A DNA stretch of 64,000 nt. It comes from an uncultured Bacilli bacterium. GTDB lineage: Bacteria; Bacillota_I; Bacilli_A; RF39; UBA660. Shown here piece after piece: positions 10,884-20,102 of the stretch. Under the pieces are notes generated by a model that was not told where the DNA came from, did no database searches, and worked only from the letters and a program-made list of their open reading frames with translations. How positions within the stretch are numbered: the stretch's first letter is position 1; every line of letters starts with the position of its first letter. The DNA is taken from positions 5,935-69,934 of the forward strand of contig CALVSO010000002.1 in NCBI GenBank assembly GCA_944359055.1, written 5' to 3'. The translations under genes were made by a program, and so were the position numbers.

Positions 10884-13217
10884 ATGGATGAATACGAAAA
10901 AACAGTCAGTTGTTATGAAGATAAAAAAATTAAGATAGAAAGTAATGAATCATTTTATTTAACAATTATAAATGATGATAAAATTGAAACTTATAATCTA
11001 AATGATTTTAATTCTTCTCAAATAACTTTTGGAAGAAAAGATGATAATGATATTGTTATCGATTCAATGTTGATATCTGGTCATCATGGTTATTTTAATA
11101 TAGTTGATGATGAAATATATATTATTGATGATAACAGTACTAATGGAATATTTTATAATGGTAAAACAATAAAAGAGCAAAAACTTTCTGATCGTGATAT
11201 TTTTAAAATTGATAATCCTAAAGAGCCCTTAAATAAAGGGGTTATGTTTATTTTGTCTTTAAATGAAAAAAAAGTAAATTGGGATTCTTATGATTTAAGT
11301 AAAAAAGAAACTATAACAATAGGAAGAGATAATTCATGTGATATTGTTTTAAGACATGTTGGTGTTTCTAAAAAACATGCGATTATAACGAAAAAAGATA
11401 ATAAATATTTTATTAAAGATAATGATAGTACTAATAATACTTCAGTTAATGGTGAAATAATAAGTAATCAAATTAAATTAAAAGAAAAAGATGTAATATT
11501 AATTACTAATTCATTATTTATCTATTCATTTGGAAGACTTATTTATCAAACTTTTAATGAAGGTGTAAAAGTTGAAGCATATGATATTGTAAAAACAGTT
11601 GCTACTAAAGGTGGAACTAAAGATATTTTAAAACATATTAGTTTAGAGATTAAACCTTCTAATTTTGTTGCCTTAGTAGGAGGGTCTGGTGCTGGTAAGA
11701 GTACTTTCATGAATAGTATTAGTGGTTTTTCTAAACCAACAAGTGGTAATGTGTTAGTTAATGGTGTTGATTTATATGATAATTATTCAGTATTAAAAAA
11801 TATAATTGGATATGTTCCTCAACAGGATATAGTTTATACAAATCTAAGACTTTATGATATGTTAAAATATGCTGCTGATTTAAGGATGCCTGAAGACTCA
11901 ACTGATGAGGAAAAGGAAATCCAAATAGCTAAAGTTTTAGATATAGTAGATTTAACAGAACATAAAGATACTTATATAAGAAAATTATCAGGTGGTCAAA
12001 GAAAACGAGCAAGTATAGCGGTAGAATTGATAGCAGATCCAACTTTATTTTTCTTAGATGAACCAACAAGTGGTTTGGATCCTGGTACTGAAAGAAGTAT
12101 TATGAAAACACTAAAAAACATGTCTGAATCAGGAAAAACTGTAATATTAGTTACTCATACAACATTGAATTTGCACTTATGTGATATGGTTGTTTTTATA
12201 GGTCGTGGTGGTAAATTATGTTTTGCTGGAAAACCAAATGATGCGTTAAAATTTTTTGGAGTATCTGATTTTGTTGATATTTATACATATATAAACAATG
12301 ATTCAGATAGTTGGAATAGTAAGTTTTTAAATTCAGAGTATTATAATCCTGTTTTTGAAAAACAAACTGAAAGAGTAGATGATACTACTAATGTTAATAA
12401 AAAATCTTTTATAAAACAATTTATTACTTTAACAACAAGATATTTAAAATTAATAATAAATGATAAACAACGATTAGCGCTTCTTTTATTACAAGCTCCA
12501 ATTATTTCATTTTTATTAAGTTTAGTTACTAATAGTGGTGTTTTTAAAAATTATGATGATACAAAAGCAATATTATTTTCTTTATCATGTTCTTGTATTT
12601 GGTTAGGAATTTTAAATTCAATTCAAGAAATATGCAAGGAAAAAGTTATTTTAAAAAAAGAATATATGGCTGATTTGAAGTTATCGTCATATATATGTTC
12701 CAAATTAATTGTCCAGTCTTTATTAGCATTTATTCAATCATTTATATTAATAACTGTTTATGCTATGTTAGTTGAATTTCCATCGGAAAGTTTAATAATA
12801 AATCCTTATTTTGATTTTTTAATTATTTCAACAATAACAATTATTTCTGCAGCAAGTTTAGGAATATTAATATCTAGTATTGTCAAAGATGCAAATATAG
12901 CAATGTCAGTTGCTCCATTAATTTTAGTTCCACAATTATTATTTTCTGGAATGTTATTTGAACTTAAAGATTTTTCTTCTTTTATTTCTAATTTTGTATT
13001 ATGTAGATTTAGTGTTTCAGCTTTGGGTACCACTTTAGATTTAAATAACATGCCTAATAAGATTTTTGTATTAGGATTTGTAAGAGAAGCCGAAGATTAT
13101 TTTAATTATACTTCTAGTCATTATTTTATTATGCTATTAGTATTACTTGGTATGAGTTTATTAATGATAATTGGTTCATATATAGTTTTAAGAAAAGAGT
13201 TAGATAATAGAAAATAA
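10884..13217 (+). CDS. ABC exporter with two N-terminal FHA domains, an ABC ATPase domain and a 6-TM ABC-2 permease (Rv1747-like architecture)
   Basis: FHA signatures: ITFGRK...GHHGYF...STNGIFYNG and ITIGRD...VSKKHA...STNNTSVNG. Walker A GGSGAGKST, signature LSGGQRKRASIA, Walker B LFFLDEPTSGLD, six C-terminal TM helices. ATG 10884 behind RBS aggtgg; the track used GTG 10875. Confidence 0.85.
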   Translation: MDEYEKTVSCYEDKKIKIESNESFYLTIINDDKIETYNLNDFNSSQITFGRKDDNDIVIDSMLISGHHGYFNIVDDEIYIIDDNSTNGIFYNGKTIKEQKLSDRDIFKIDNPKEPLNKGVMFILSLNEKKVNWDSYDLSKKETITIGRDNSCDIVLRHVGVSKKHAIITKKDNKYFIKDNDSTNNTSVNGEIISNQIKLKEKDVILITNSLFIYSFGRLIYQTFNEGVKVEAYDIVKTVATKGGTKDILKHISLEIKPSNFVALVGGSGAGKSTFMNSISGFSKPTSGNVLVNGVDLYDNYSVLKNIIGYVPQQDIVYTNLRLYDMLKYAADLRMPEDSTDEEKEIQIAKVLDIVDLTEHKDTYIRKLSGGQRKRASIAVELIADPTLFFLDEPTSGLDPGTERSIMKTLKNMSESGKTVILVTHTTLNLHLCDMVVFIGRGGKLCFAGKPNDALKFFGVSDFVDIYTYINNDSDSWNSKFLNSEYYNPVFEKQTERVDDTTNVNKKSFIKQFITLTTRYLKLIINDKQRLALLLLQAPIISFLLSLVTNSGVFKNYDDTKAILFSLSCSCIWLGILNSIQEICKEKVILKKEYMADLKLSSYICSKLIVQSLLAFIQSFILITVYAMLVEFPSESLIINPYFDFLIISTITIISAASLGILISSIVKDANIAMSVAPLILVPQLLFSGMLFELKDFSSFISNFVLCRFSVSALGTTLDLNNMPNKIFVLGFVREAEDYFNYTSSHYFIMLLVLLGMSLLMIIGSYIVLRKELDNRK

Positions 13218-13241
13218 ATTGTAAGAAATTACAATTTTTTT
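13217..13241 (+). terminator. Intrinsic terminator after the FHA-ABC gene
   Basis: aattgtaa-gaaa-ttacaatt hairpin followed by a T7 run. Confidence 0.6.
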
Positions 13242-13299
13242 GTATTTTAAGCAGGAATTTGATTTGTTTTTGTCGTATATAACTAGTAGGAGGTAAAAC

Positions 13300-14124
13300 A
13301 TGTCAAAGTTTTATACAGCAAAATATGAATCAGTTTTTATGTATTCAGCAGTAAAACATCCAAAAATATTAAAAAAATTAATTGAACAAATATTAAATAA
13401 AAAATATAATGAATTTATTGTATTAAATCCTAATTTAATAAAAGATAATATACATAATATAGGTCAGAAATTAGATTTATTAATTAAAGCAAATGATGAA
13501 TATATAAATGTAGAATTAAATTCTAAATATAACAAATACATAAAAGAAAGAAATTTATTATATGTATTTAAGTTATGTTTGGATAAAAGTGAAAAAGATA
13601 AACAAACATTAAAGGGTAATGTTAGGCAAATAAATATAAATTTTGGAAGAAAAAGTAAAGGAATAGAAGATATAGCGGTAGTAAATTTAACTGATAATAA
13701 AAAATTGACAACAAAAATAGAAATAAAGAATTTAAATGTAGACTTTTATACAAAAAAATATTATAATAATTATAAGTTAACAAAAGAAGAAGAGTTATAT
13801 ACTATGTTAGGATTAGCATTAGAAGAACTAGAAAAATTAAGTGAAAGGAATGATATAGTGAAAGAATTTAAAGAAAGTGTAGAAGAAGCTAATAAAGATG
13901 AATTAGTAGTAAAATGGTTTACTCCAGAACAAGAACGAGAAATGCGAGAAAATTATATAAAAAGTGAAGCTGAAGAAAAAGGTATGAAAAAAGGAATAAA
14001 AAAAGGTAAATTAGAAGGAATATTGCAAACTGCTAAAAATATGCTAGAAGCAAACATGAATATTGAAACAGTATCAAAATTAACTGGTTTATCTGTAAAG
14101 AAAATAAAAGATATGTTACTATAA
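13300..14124 (+). CDS. Rpn family recombination-promoting nuclease / putative transposase (PD-(D/E)XK, YhgA-like)
   Basis: N-terminal FMYSAVKHPKILKKLIEQIL...LDLLIKANDEYINVELNS core. C-terminal KGMKKGIKKGKLEGILQ...ETVSKLTGLSVKKIKDML tail typical of the family. Strong RBS aggagg. Confidence 0.6.
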   Translation: MSKFYTAKYESVFMYSAVKHPKILKKLIEQILNKKYNEFIVLNPNLIKDNIHNIGQKLDLLIKANDEYINVELNSKYNKYIKERNLLYVFKLCLDKSEKDKQTLKGNVRQININFGRKSKGIEDIAVVNLTDNKKLTTKIEIKNLNVDFYTKKYYNNYKLTKEEELYTMLGLALEELEKLSERNDIVKEFKESVEEANKDELVVKWFTPEQEREMRENYIKSEAEEKGMKKGIKKGKLEGILQTAKNMLEANMNIETVSKLTGLSVKKIKDMLL

Positions 14125-14162
14125 TATTGGTTTTGTGTTATACTAATTATAGGAGTGATAAA

Positions 14163-14873
14163 ATGATTGAAACACCACATATTAAATGTAATAAAGAAGA
14201 TATTTCAAATATTGTTTTAATGCCAGGAGATCCTTTAAGAGCTAAATTTATAGCAGAAACATATTTAGAAGATTATAAATTAGTTAATAGTGTAAGAAAT
14301 ATGTTAGCTTATACTGGTTATTATAAAGGTAAAAAAATAACAGTTTTTTCATCAGGTATGGGTATGGCTAGTATGGGAATATATTGTTATGAATTGTATA
14401 AATTTTTTGATGTAAAATATATAATTAGAATTGGTTCTTGTGGAAGTAATAATAAAGATATAAAATTGTTAGATACTATTTTATCTACTTCAAGTTATAC
14501 TGAAACTAATTTTAGTTATACATATAGTTCTATAGATGTTCATGAAGTTGAATCTAGCAATTATTTAAACAATATTATTTTAAATAAAGATAATACGATT
14601 AAAAAAGGTAAAACTGTTTGTAGTATGGTATTTGATGCTTATATGGAAAATAGGGATGAATATAATAAAAGATTGCCTAAAGATATTATTGCTAGCGAAA
14701 TGGAAGCTTTTGCCTTATTTTATATAGCTAAAATGTTAAAAAAAGAAGCTACATGTTTACTTACTGTATCTGATTCATTATATGATGATACTAAAATTAG
14801 TTCTAGTGATAGACAAAATAATTTAAAACATATGATAGAAGTTGCACTAGAAGCAAGTTTGGAGGTTTTATAA
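14163..14873 (+). CDS. deoD: Purine nucleoside phosphorylase, DeoD type
   Basis: MIETPHI...VLMPGDPLRAKFIAE...SSGMGMAS motifs. ATG 14163 behind RBS aggagtga; the track start 14127 is less likely. Confidence 0.85.
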   Translation: MIETPHIKCNKEDISNIVLMPGDPLRAKFIAETYLEDYKLVNSVRNMLAYTGYYKGKKITVFSSGMGMASMGIYCYELYKFFDVKYIIRIGSCGSNNKDIKLLDTILSTSSYTETNFSYTYSSIDVHEVESSNYLNNIILNKDNTIKKGKTVCSMVFDAYMENRDEYNKRLPKDIIASEMEAFALFYIAKMLKKEATCLLTVSDSLYDDTKISSSDRQNNLKHMIEVALEASLEVL

Positions 14874-15235
14874 TGGAATTAATGGATAAAGCTATTGAAG
14901 CTAAAAAAAATTCATATAGCCCCTACTCTCATTTTAAAGTTGGAGCTGCCTTACTTACTAAAGATGGTAAAATATTTACGGGATGTAATATAGAAAGTGT
15001 ATCTCATACACCTACTTGTTGTGCTGAAAGAACTGCTTTTTTCAAAGCTATAAGTGAAGGATATAAAGAATTTGAAGCTATTGCAGTAAGTGGTGATACA
15101 GAATATTGTTATCCTTGTGGCGTATGTCGCCAAGTTATGAATGAATTTTGTGATAAAAATTTTAAGATTTATGTTGGAGATAAGGAATATACTTTAGATG
15201 AATTATTACCCTATTCTTTTGATTTGGAGAAATAA
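14873..15235 (+). CDS. cdd: Cytidine deaminase
   Basis: CAERTA and PCGVCRQ zinc-binding motifs, 120 aa. Confidence 0.9.
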   Translation: MELMDKAIEAKKNSYSPYSHFKVGAALLTKDGKIFTGCNIESVSHTPTCCAERTAFFKAISEGYKEFEAIAVSGDTEYCYPCGVCRQVMNEFCDKNFKIYVGDKEYTLDELLPYSFDLEK

Positions 15236-15237
15236 CT

Positions 15238-16503
15238 ATGAGAATGTATGACATAATAGAAAAGAAAAAAAACAAATTATCTTTAACTAAAGAAGAAATT
15301 GAATTTTTTGTTAATGGTTATGTTGATAATTTAATACCAGATTATCAAGTATCAAGTTTATTAATGGCTATTGTTTTAAATGGTATGAATGATTTAGAAG
15401 TAACTAATTTAACTTTAGCTATGGCTAATTCTGGGGATAAATTAAATTTAAATTTTAATGCTGTGGATAAACATTCAACTGGTGGTGTTGGAGATAAAAC
15501 AACTTTAATTATTACACCAATAGTTGCATGTTTAGATTGTAAAGTAGCTAAAATGAGTGGTAAAGGATTAGGTTATACTGGAGGAACTATTGATAAATTA
15601 GAATCTATACCGGGATTTAAAGTACAATTAAGTGACGAAGATTTTATTAATCAAATAAATAACATTAATTTAAGTGTTATAAGTCAAACTAAAAATATAG
15701 CTCCAGCTGATAAAAAAATTTATGCTTTAAGAGATGTAACTGCGACAGTAGAAAGTATTCCTTTAATAGCTTCTAGTATTATGAGTAAAAAAATAGCAAG
15801 TGGTGCTAAAAATTTAGTATTAGATATTAAGGTTGGTAGTGGTGCTTTTATGAAAAATATAAATGATGCTACTAAATTAGGTGAAACTATGGTCAACATT
15901 GGTAAGAATGCTTCTATTAATACAGTTGCAATTTTATCTAATATGAACGAACCATTAGGTAATAATATTGGAAATAATTTAGAAGTATTAGAAGCTATTG
16001 AAGTATTAAAAAATAATGGTCCTAAAGATTTAACTGATATATGTATTGAACTAGCTACATACATGGTTAGTATTACTAAAAGTATTGATTATAATGATGC
16101 TAAAGATAAAGTAATAGAAGTATTAAAAAGTGGTAAGGCATTAGATAAATTTTATCAATTAATTAAATATCAAGGTGGAGATATTTCTAAATTAAATCAT
16201 AATTCAAAATATGAATATAAAGTATATTCTAAAAAATGCGGTTATATTACTAAAATGGATACTGCTAAAATAGGTAAAATAAGTTGCATGTTAGGTGCAG
16301 GACGAGTTAAAAAAGAAGATATAATTGATTATAATGCAGGTATTGTTTTAAATAAAAAAATAAATGATTATGTTAATGATAAAGATTTGTTATGTACTTT
16401 ATATACTGATAAAGAAATTGATTTAAGTAATGAATATTTGGATAGTATTGAAATATCTGATAATAAAGTTGATAACAATTTAATATTAGGAGTAATTAAA
16501 TGA
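15238..16503 (+). CDS. pdp: Pyrimidine-nucleoside (thymidine) phosphorylase
   Basis: DKHSTGGVGDKTT motif, 421 aa. Confidence 0.9.
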   Translation: MRMYDIIEKKKNKLSLTKEEIEFFVNGYVDNLIPDYQVSSLLMAIVLNGMNDLEVTNLTLAMANSGDKLNLNFNAVDKHSTGGVGDKTTLIITPIVACLDCKVAKMSGKGLGYTGGTIDKLESIPGFKVQLSDEDFINQINNINLSVISQTKNIAPADKKIYALRDVTATVESIPLIASSIMSKKIASGAKNLVLDIKVGSGAFMKNINDATKLGETMVNIGKNASINTVAILSNMNEPLGNNIGNNLEVLEAIEVLKNNGPKDLTDICIELATYMVSITKSIDYNDAKDKVIEVLKSGKALDKFYQLIKYQGGDISKLNHNSKYEYKVYSKKCGYITKMDTAKIGKISCMLGAGRVKKEDIIDYNAGIVLNKKINDYVNDKDLLCTLYTDKEIDLSNEYLDSIEISDNKVDNNLILGVIK

Positions 16504-16964
16504 AAGATGTAGTTAATAAATTAATAAATTTAAATAAAACAATATCTACAATGGAATCTTGTACTGGTGGTTTTCTAGCTAGTTCAATAACTAATATAGA
16601 TGATTCTAGTAAAGTATTTAAATTTGGATCTGTTACTTATTCTAATGAATATAAAATAAAAATGGGTGTAGATAGTAATATAATTGATAAATATACTGTT
16701 TATAGTATGGAAACAGCTAATGCAATGAGTAAAGCTATATGCTCTTTTACTAATTCTTCATATGGTGTAGGAATAACTGGAAAATTAAATAAACAGGATG
16801 ATAGTAATCCATATGGGTCAAATAATATTGTTTATGTAAGTATTTATGATAAAGAAAAAAATCATAACTATACTATGACTATTGAAGATTTAATTGGTGA
16901 TAGAGAATCGATGAAACAACAAATAATTGATAGAATTGTTATTTTATTAAAAAATATTGTATAA
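16500..16964 (+). CDS. CinA C-terminal domain protein / nicotinamide-nucleotide amidohydrolase PncC-like
   Basis: MESCTGGFLAS motif, 154 aa. Confidence 0.75.
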   Translation: MKDVVNKLINLNKTISTMESCTGGFLASSITNIDDSSKVFKFGSVTYSNEYKIKMGVDSNIIDKYTVYSMETANAMSKAICSFTNSSYGVGITGKLNKQDDSNPYGSNNIVYVSIYDKEKNHNYTMTIEDLIGDRESMKQQIIDRIVILLKNIV

Positions 16965-17004
16965 ATTTATAAATAAATAATCAATATTAATTTAGGTGAT
17001 AAAA

Positions 17005-17523
17005 ATGAAAAAATTAATATTGATTATTTTTTTAATTATTTTGTTTTATGAATGTATAGGGCATGTGTCTAGTTTAGCTATTCCTGATGATGCTTTAAGA
17101 ATTAGAGTTATTGCTAATAGTAATTCAGAGTATGATCAAGAAATCAAAAAAATAGTAAAAGAAAATATTCAATATAAAATGTATGAACTATTAAAAAATA
17201 CTAAAGGTGTAGATGAAGCAAGAAGAATTATTAATAATAATTTAGATAATATTGAAGATGATGTTAAAACTACTTTACAATTATTAGATTATGAATTAGG
17301 ATATGATATTAATTTTGGATTAAATTACTTTCCTAGTAAAGAATATAAAGGAATTACTTATGATGAAGGTTATTATGAGTCATTAGTTATTACATTAGGA
17401 GAAGGTAAAGGTGATAATTGGTGGTGTGTTTTATTCCCTCCTTTATGTTTATTAGAAGCAGAAGAAAGTACTGAGGTAGAATATACTTCATTTGTAAAAG
17501 AACTACTAGATAAATATTTATAA
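17005..17523 (+). CDS. spoIIR: Stage II sporulation protein R (SpoIIR)-like signalling protein
   Basis: Signal/TM N-terminus. LRIRVIANSNSEYDQEIKKIVKE and GDNWWCVLFPPLC match conserved SpoIIR blocks. ATG 17005 behind RBS aggtga. Confidence 0.65.
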   Translation: MKKLILIIFLIILFYECIGHVSSLAIPDDALRIRVIANSNSEYDQEIKKIVKENIQYKMYELLKNTKGVDEARRIINNNLDNIEDDVKTTLQLLDYELGYDINFGLNYFPSKEYKGITYDEGYYESLVITLGEGKGDNWWCVLFPPLCLLEAEESTEVEYTSFVKELLDKYL

Positions 17524-17553
17524 ATTATGCTATAATGTATTTAGGGTGGTAAT

Positions 17554-20055
17554 ATGATTCGAGAAGTAGAAAATGGAATAACAAAAATTGATGATAGAGT
17601 AATTGAGAACAATCAAATAAAAAGTGTAAAAATACCAGAAAGTGTAGTAGAGATAGGTAAATGTGAATTTAGTACTAAGAGAATAACGAAAGTGGAAATA
17701 GCAGAAGGTGTAACAAAAATTGGACCCTGGGCATTTGCGAACAATTTAATAACAAGCATAAGAATACCAGGAAGCGTAGTCGAAATAGGCGAAAGTGCAT
17801 TTAGACGTAATAAAATAACGAAAGTAGAGATAGCAGAAGGTGTAACAAAAATTAGATCCCTAGCATTTGAGGACAATCAAATAACAAGTGTAATAATACC
17901 AGAAAGTGTAGTTGAAATAGGCAGGAGTGCATTTGAGAATAATCAAATAACAAGCGTAATAATACCAAGAAGCGTAGTTGAAATAGGCGAAAGTGCATTT
18001 AAGCACAATCAAATAACAAGCGTAATAATACCAGAAAGCGTAGCCAAAATAGGTTATAGTGCATTTGATCACAATCAAATAACAAGTGTAATAATACCAG
18101 AAAGCGTAGTCGAAATAGGTGAATTTGCATTTAGAAACAATCAAATAACAAATGTAAAAATACCAGGAAGTGTAGCCAAAATAGGGTATGGTGCATTTAT
18201 GGGTAATCAAATAACAAGTGTAATAATACCAGAAAGCGTAGTCGAAATAGGTGAATTTGCATTTGAGAATAATCAAATAAAAAGTGTAAAAATACCAGAA
18301 AGCGTAGTCAAAATAGGCAAAAATGCCTTTTGTAATAATCAAATATCGGAAATAGAAATAGCAGAAGGTGTAATCGAAATAGGCTTTCTTGCATTTTTTG
18401 ATAATCAAATAACAAGCGTAAGAATACCAGAAAGCGTAGCTAAAATAGGCAAAAGTGCATTTGCTCACAATCCGTTAACAAATATTTATCTTCCTAAAAA
18501 GATATCAACAGTTTCTATGAGTTCATTTGATGATTGTAATTTAAAAGAAATGACTTTTTACAGTACATTAAAAAACATATCAAGTGATTACAATTATTCC
18601 GATAATAGTTTTCGTGAAATAGAAGAAATTACAATAATAGAAGCGGATTATAAATATTTAACTTATTTTGAAGAAAAAATGTTAGGATTTTTTCCTAATG
18701 TAAAAAAAATAAATTTAAAAAATTTCTTGGTAGATTTATTTGATGTAAAAGAGGTGAATTTTTCAAATCCAAATGTAAAAATAAATATTCAAAACGTTAT
18801 TATAGATAATAGCGGTGTAAAAAATATAACAAATAAATTTAACTTATCTCAAGAAACTTTAGAATTAATTATGCAAATTTATGAAGCAATCAATTTATTT
18901 CCTGTCAAAAAACAAATAGAAGCGGCTTTCATTTTAAAAGAGATAATTAATAACTATGAAAAAAATATTTCTAAGAATGAACCTCAATTTGATTTAAAGC
19001 AAACCTCAAACTTTTCATTAGAAGTTGATAATAAAGATTTAAAAAGTATAGAAATTCAAATGATTGTTTCTCTTCAATCTTTGCTTTATAATTTGAATAG
19101 CCAAAGTCAATCCATAAAAGATTTAGAAAAACTAAAAAAATATATTAATATATTGAAAGAACTAGAAGAACCTGATAATGATATTGAAAATAAGATAAAA
19201 AAAATTTTAGAAATTTCTAAAAAACTAAATTTTGAAAAAAGTAGTGACTACTTAAAAGATTTGATTTCTAAAACTGAACAAGAAATTGTATCTTCGATTA
19301 ATTTTGATTTGTCGATAAAATTAGTATATACAGATTGTATTTTAGAATTGGAAAATAAAATTAATAATATGTATGAAAAATATAGTCAAATATGGAAAAA
19401 AATCAAACCATATTTCGAATTGAAAGAACAGTTAACTAAAGGTGATTTTGCCAACATTAAGGAAATTAAAAATGTCTTAAATAGGTTAGACAGTTTCACG
19501 AAAAACAAATATGACAAAATTTTAAATAAATTAGAAGAAGACTTTATTACAAAAATTAATGATTGTATAGAAATAACAAAAAATAATAAGGAAGCTGATT
19601 CGATTAATGAATTGAAAACGGAATTTAAAAATCAATTAAATCCAATTTTGGTTGAACTAAAAGAAGATGCTTTGAAATATGAAAGAAATGGTAAATTATT
19701 GAATGAGCTTAAGCAATCTTTAAATATATTAAAAAACGAAAATGTAGATGAAGTCGATGGCTCTATATATGAAACAGTTGTTGATATTAAAGGATTAACT
19801 CAAAATTTAAATAAAAATGAAAGAGAACAAACAAATTTAGAAGTAGAAAATATTATTATTAAATGGTTAAAAATTGTACAAGAAAATAATTACGGGGAAT
19901 TAGTAAAAAAATATAAAGAAGAAAGACCTGATTTAGAAATATCTAATTCTATATTAATAGTTCACTTAATAATATTAGATGATTTATTAAAAGTAAAAGA
20001 TTATATTAATTCATATTTAGAAAATAAAAAAGAATATGATAGTTTTAAAAAATAG
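17554..20055 (+). CDS. BspA-type leucine-rich repeat (LRR_5) protein with a long K/E/N-rich coiled-coil C-terminal half. No signal peptide.
   Basis: About 14 tandem 22-aa repeats I[TK]SVxIPESVVEIGxxAFxxNQ, then about 520 aa of low-complexity helical sequence. Confidence 0.75.
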   Translation: MIREVENGITKIDDRVIENNQIKSVKIPESVVEIGKCEFSTKRITKVEIAEGVTKIGPWAFANNLITSIRIPGSVVEIGESAFRRNKITKVEIAEGVTKIRSLAFEDNQITSVIIPESVVEIGRSAFENNQITSVIIPRSVVEIGESAFKHNQITSVIIPESVAKIGYSAFDHNQITSVIIPESVVEIGEFAFRNNQITNVKIPGSVAKIGYGAFMGNQITSVIIPESVVEIGEFAFENNQIKSVKIPESVVKIGKNAFCNNQISEIEIAEGVIEIGFLAFFDNQITSVRIPESVAKIGKSAFAHNPLTNIYLPKKISTVSMSSFDDCNLKEMTFYSTLKNISSDYNYSDNSFREIEEITIIEADYKYLTYFEEKMLGFFPNVKKINLKNFLVDLFDVKEVNFSNPNVKINIQNVIIDNSGVKNITNKFNLSQETLELIMQIYEAINLFPVKKQIEAAFILKEIINNYEKNISKNEPQFDLKQTSNFSLEVDNKDLKSIEIQMIVSLQSLLYNLNSQSQSIKDLEKLKKYINILKELEEPDNDIENKIKKILEISKKLNFEKSSDYLKDLISKTEQEIVSSINFDLSIKLVYTDCILELENKINNMYEKYSQIWKKIKPYFELKEQLTKGDFANIKEIKNVLNRLDSFTKNKYDKILNKLEEDFITKINDCIEITKNNKEADSINELKTEFKNQLNPILVELKEDALKYERNGKLLNELKQSLNILKNENVDEVDGSIYETVVDIKGLTQNLNKNEREQTNLEVENIIIKWLKIVQENNYGELVKKYKEERPDLEISNSILIVHLIILDDLLKVKDYINSYLENKKEYDSFKK
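17605..18481 (+). repeat. Array of about 14 near-identical 66-nt tandem repeats encoding the LRR units
   Basis: Visible nucleotide-level periodicity (ataacaagygtaataataccagaaagcgtagtygaaatagg...). It generates spurious antisense ORFs. Confidence 0.8.
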
Positions 20056-20102
20056 TATTGCTTACTATTTTTTTTTATTATATAATTGATATGGTGAGAA
20101 TT

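Noticed and set aside
17613-18468. Two long minus-strand ORFs (87 and 202 aa), rich in Y/F/C, inside the LRR gene
   Set aside because: They are antisense shadows of the 66-nt tandem repeat array. The repeat periodicity keeps a frame open on the opposite strand. The + strand ORF has clear LRR protein signatures, an RBS and an in-frame start.
17605-18481. Possible CRISPR array suggested by regular 66-nt periodicity
   Set aside because: There are no unique spacer-like segments. Every period is the same sequence with point variants and lies in-frame within one ORF. It is a protein-coding tandem repeat.
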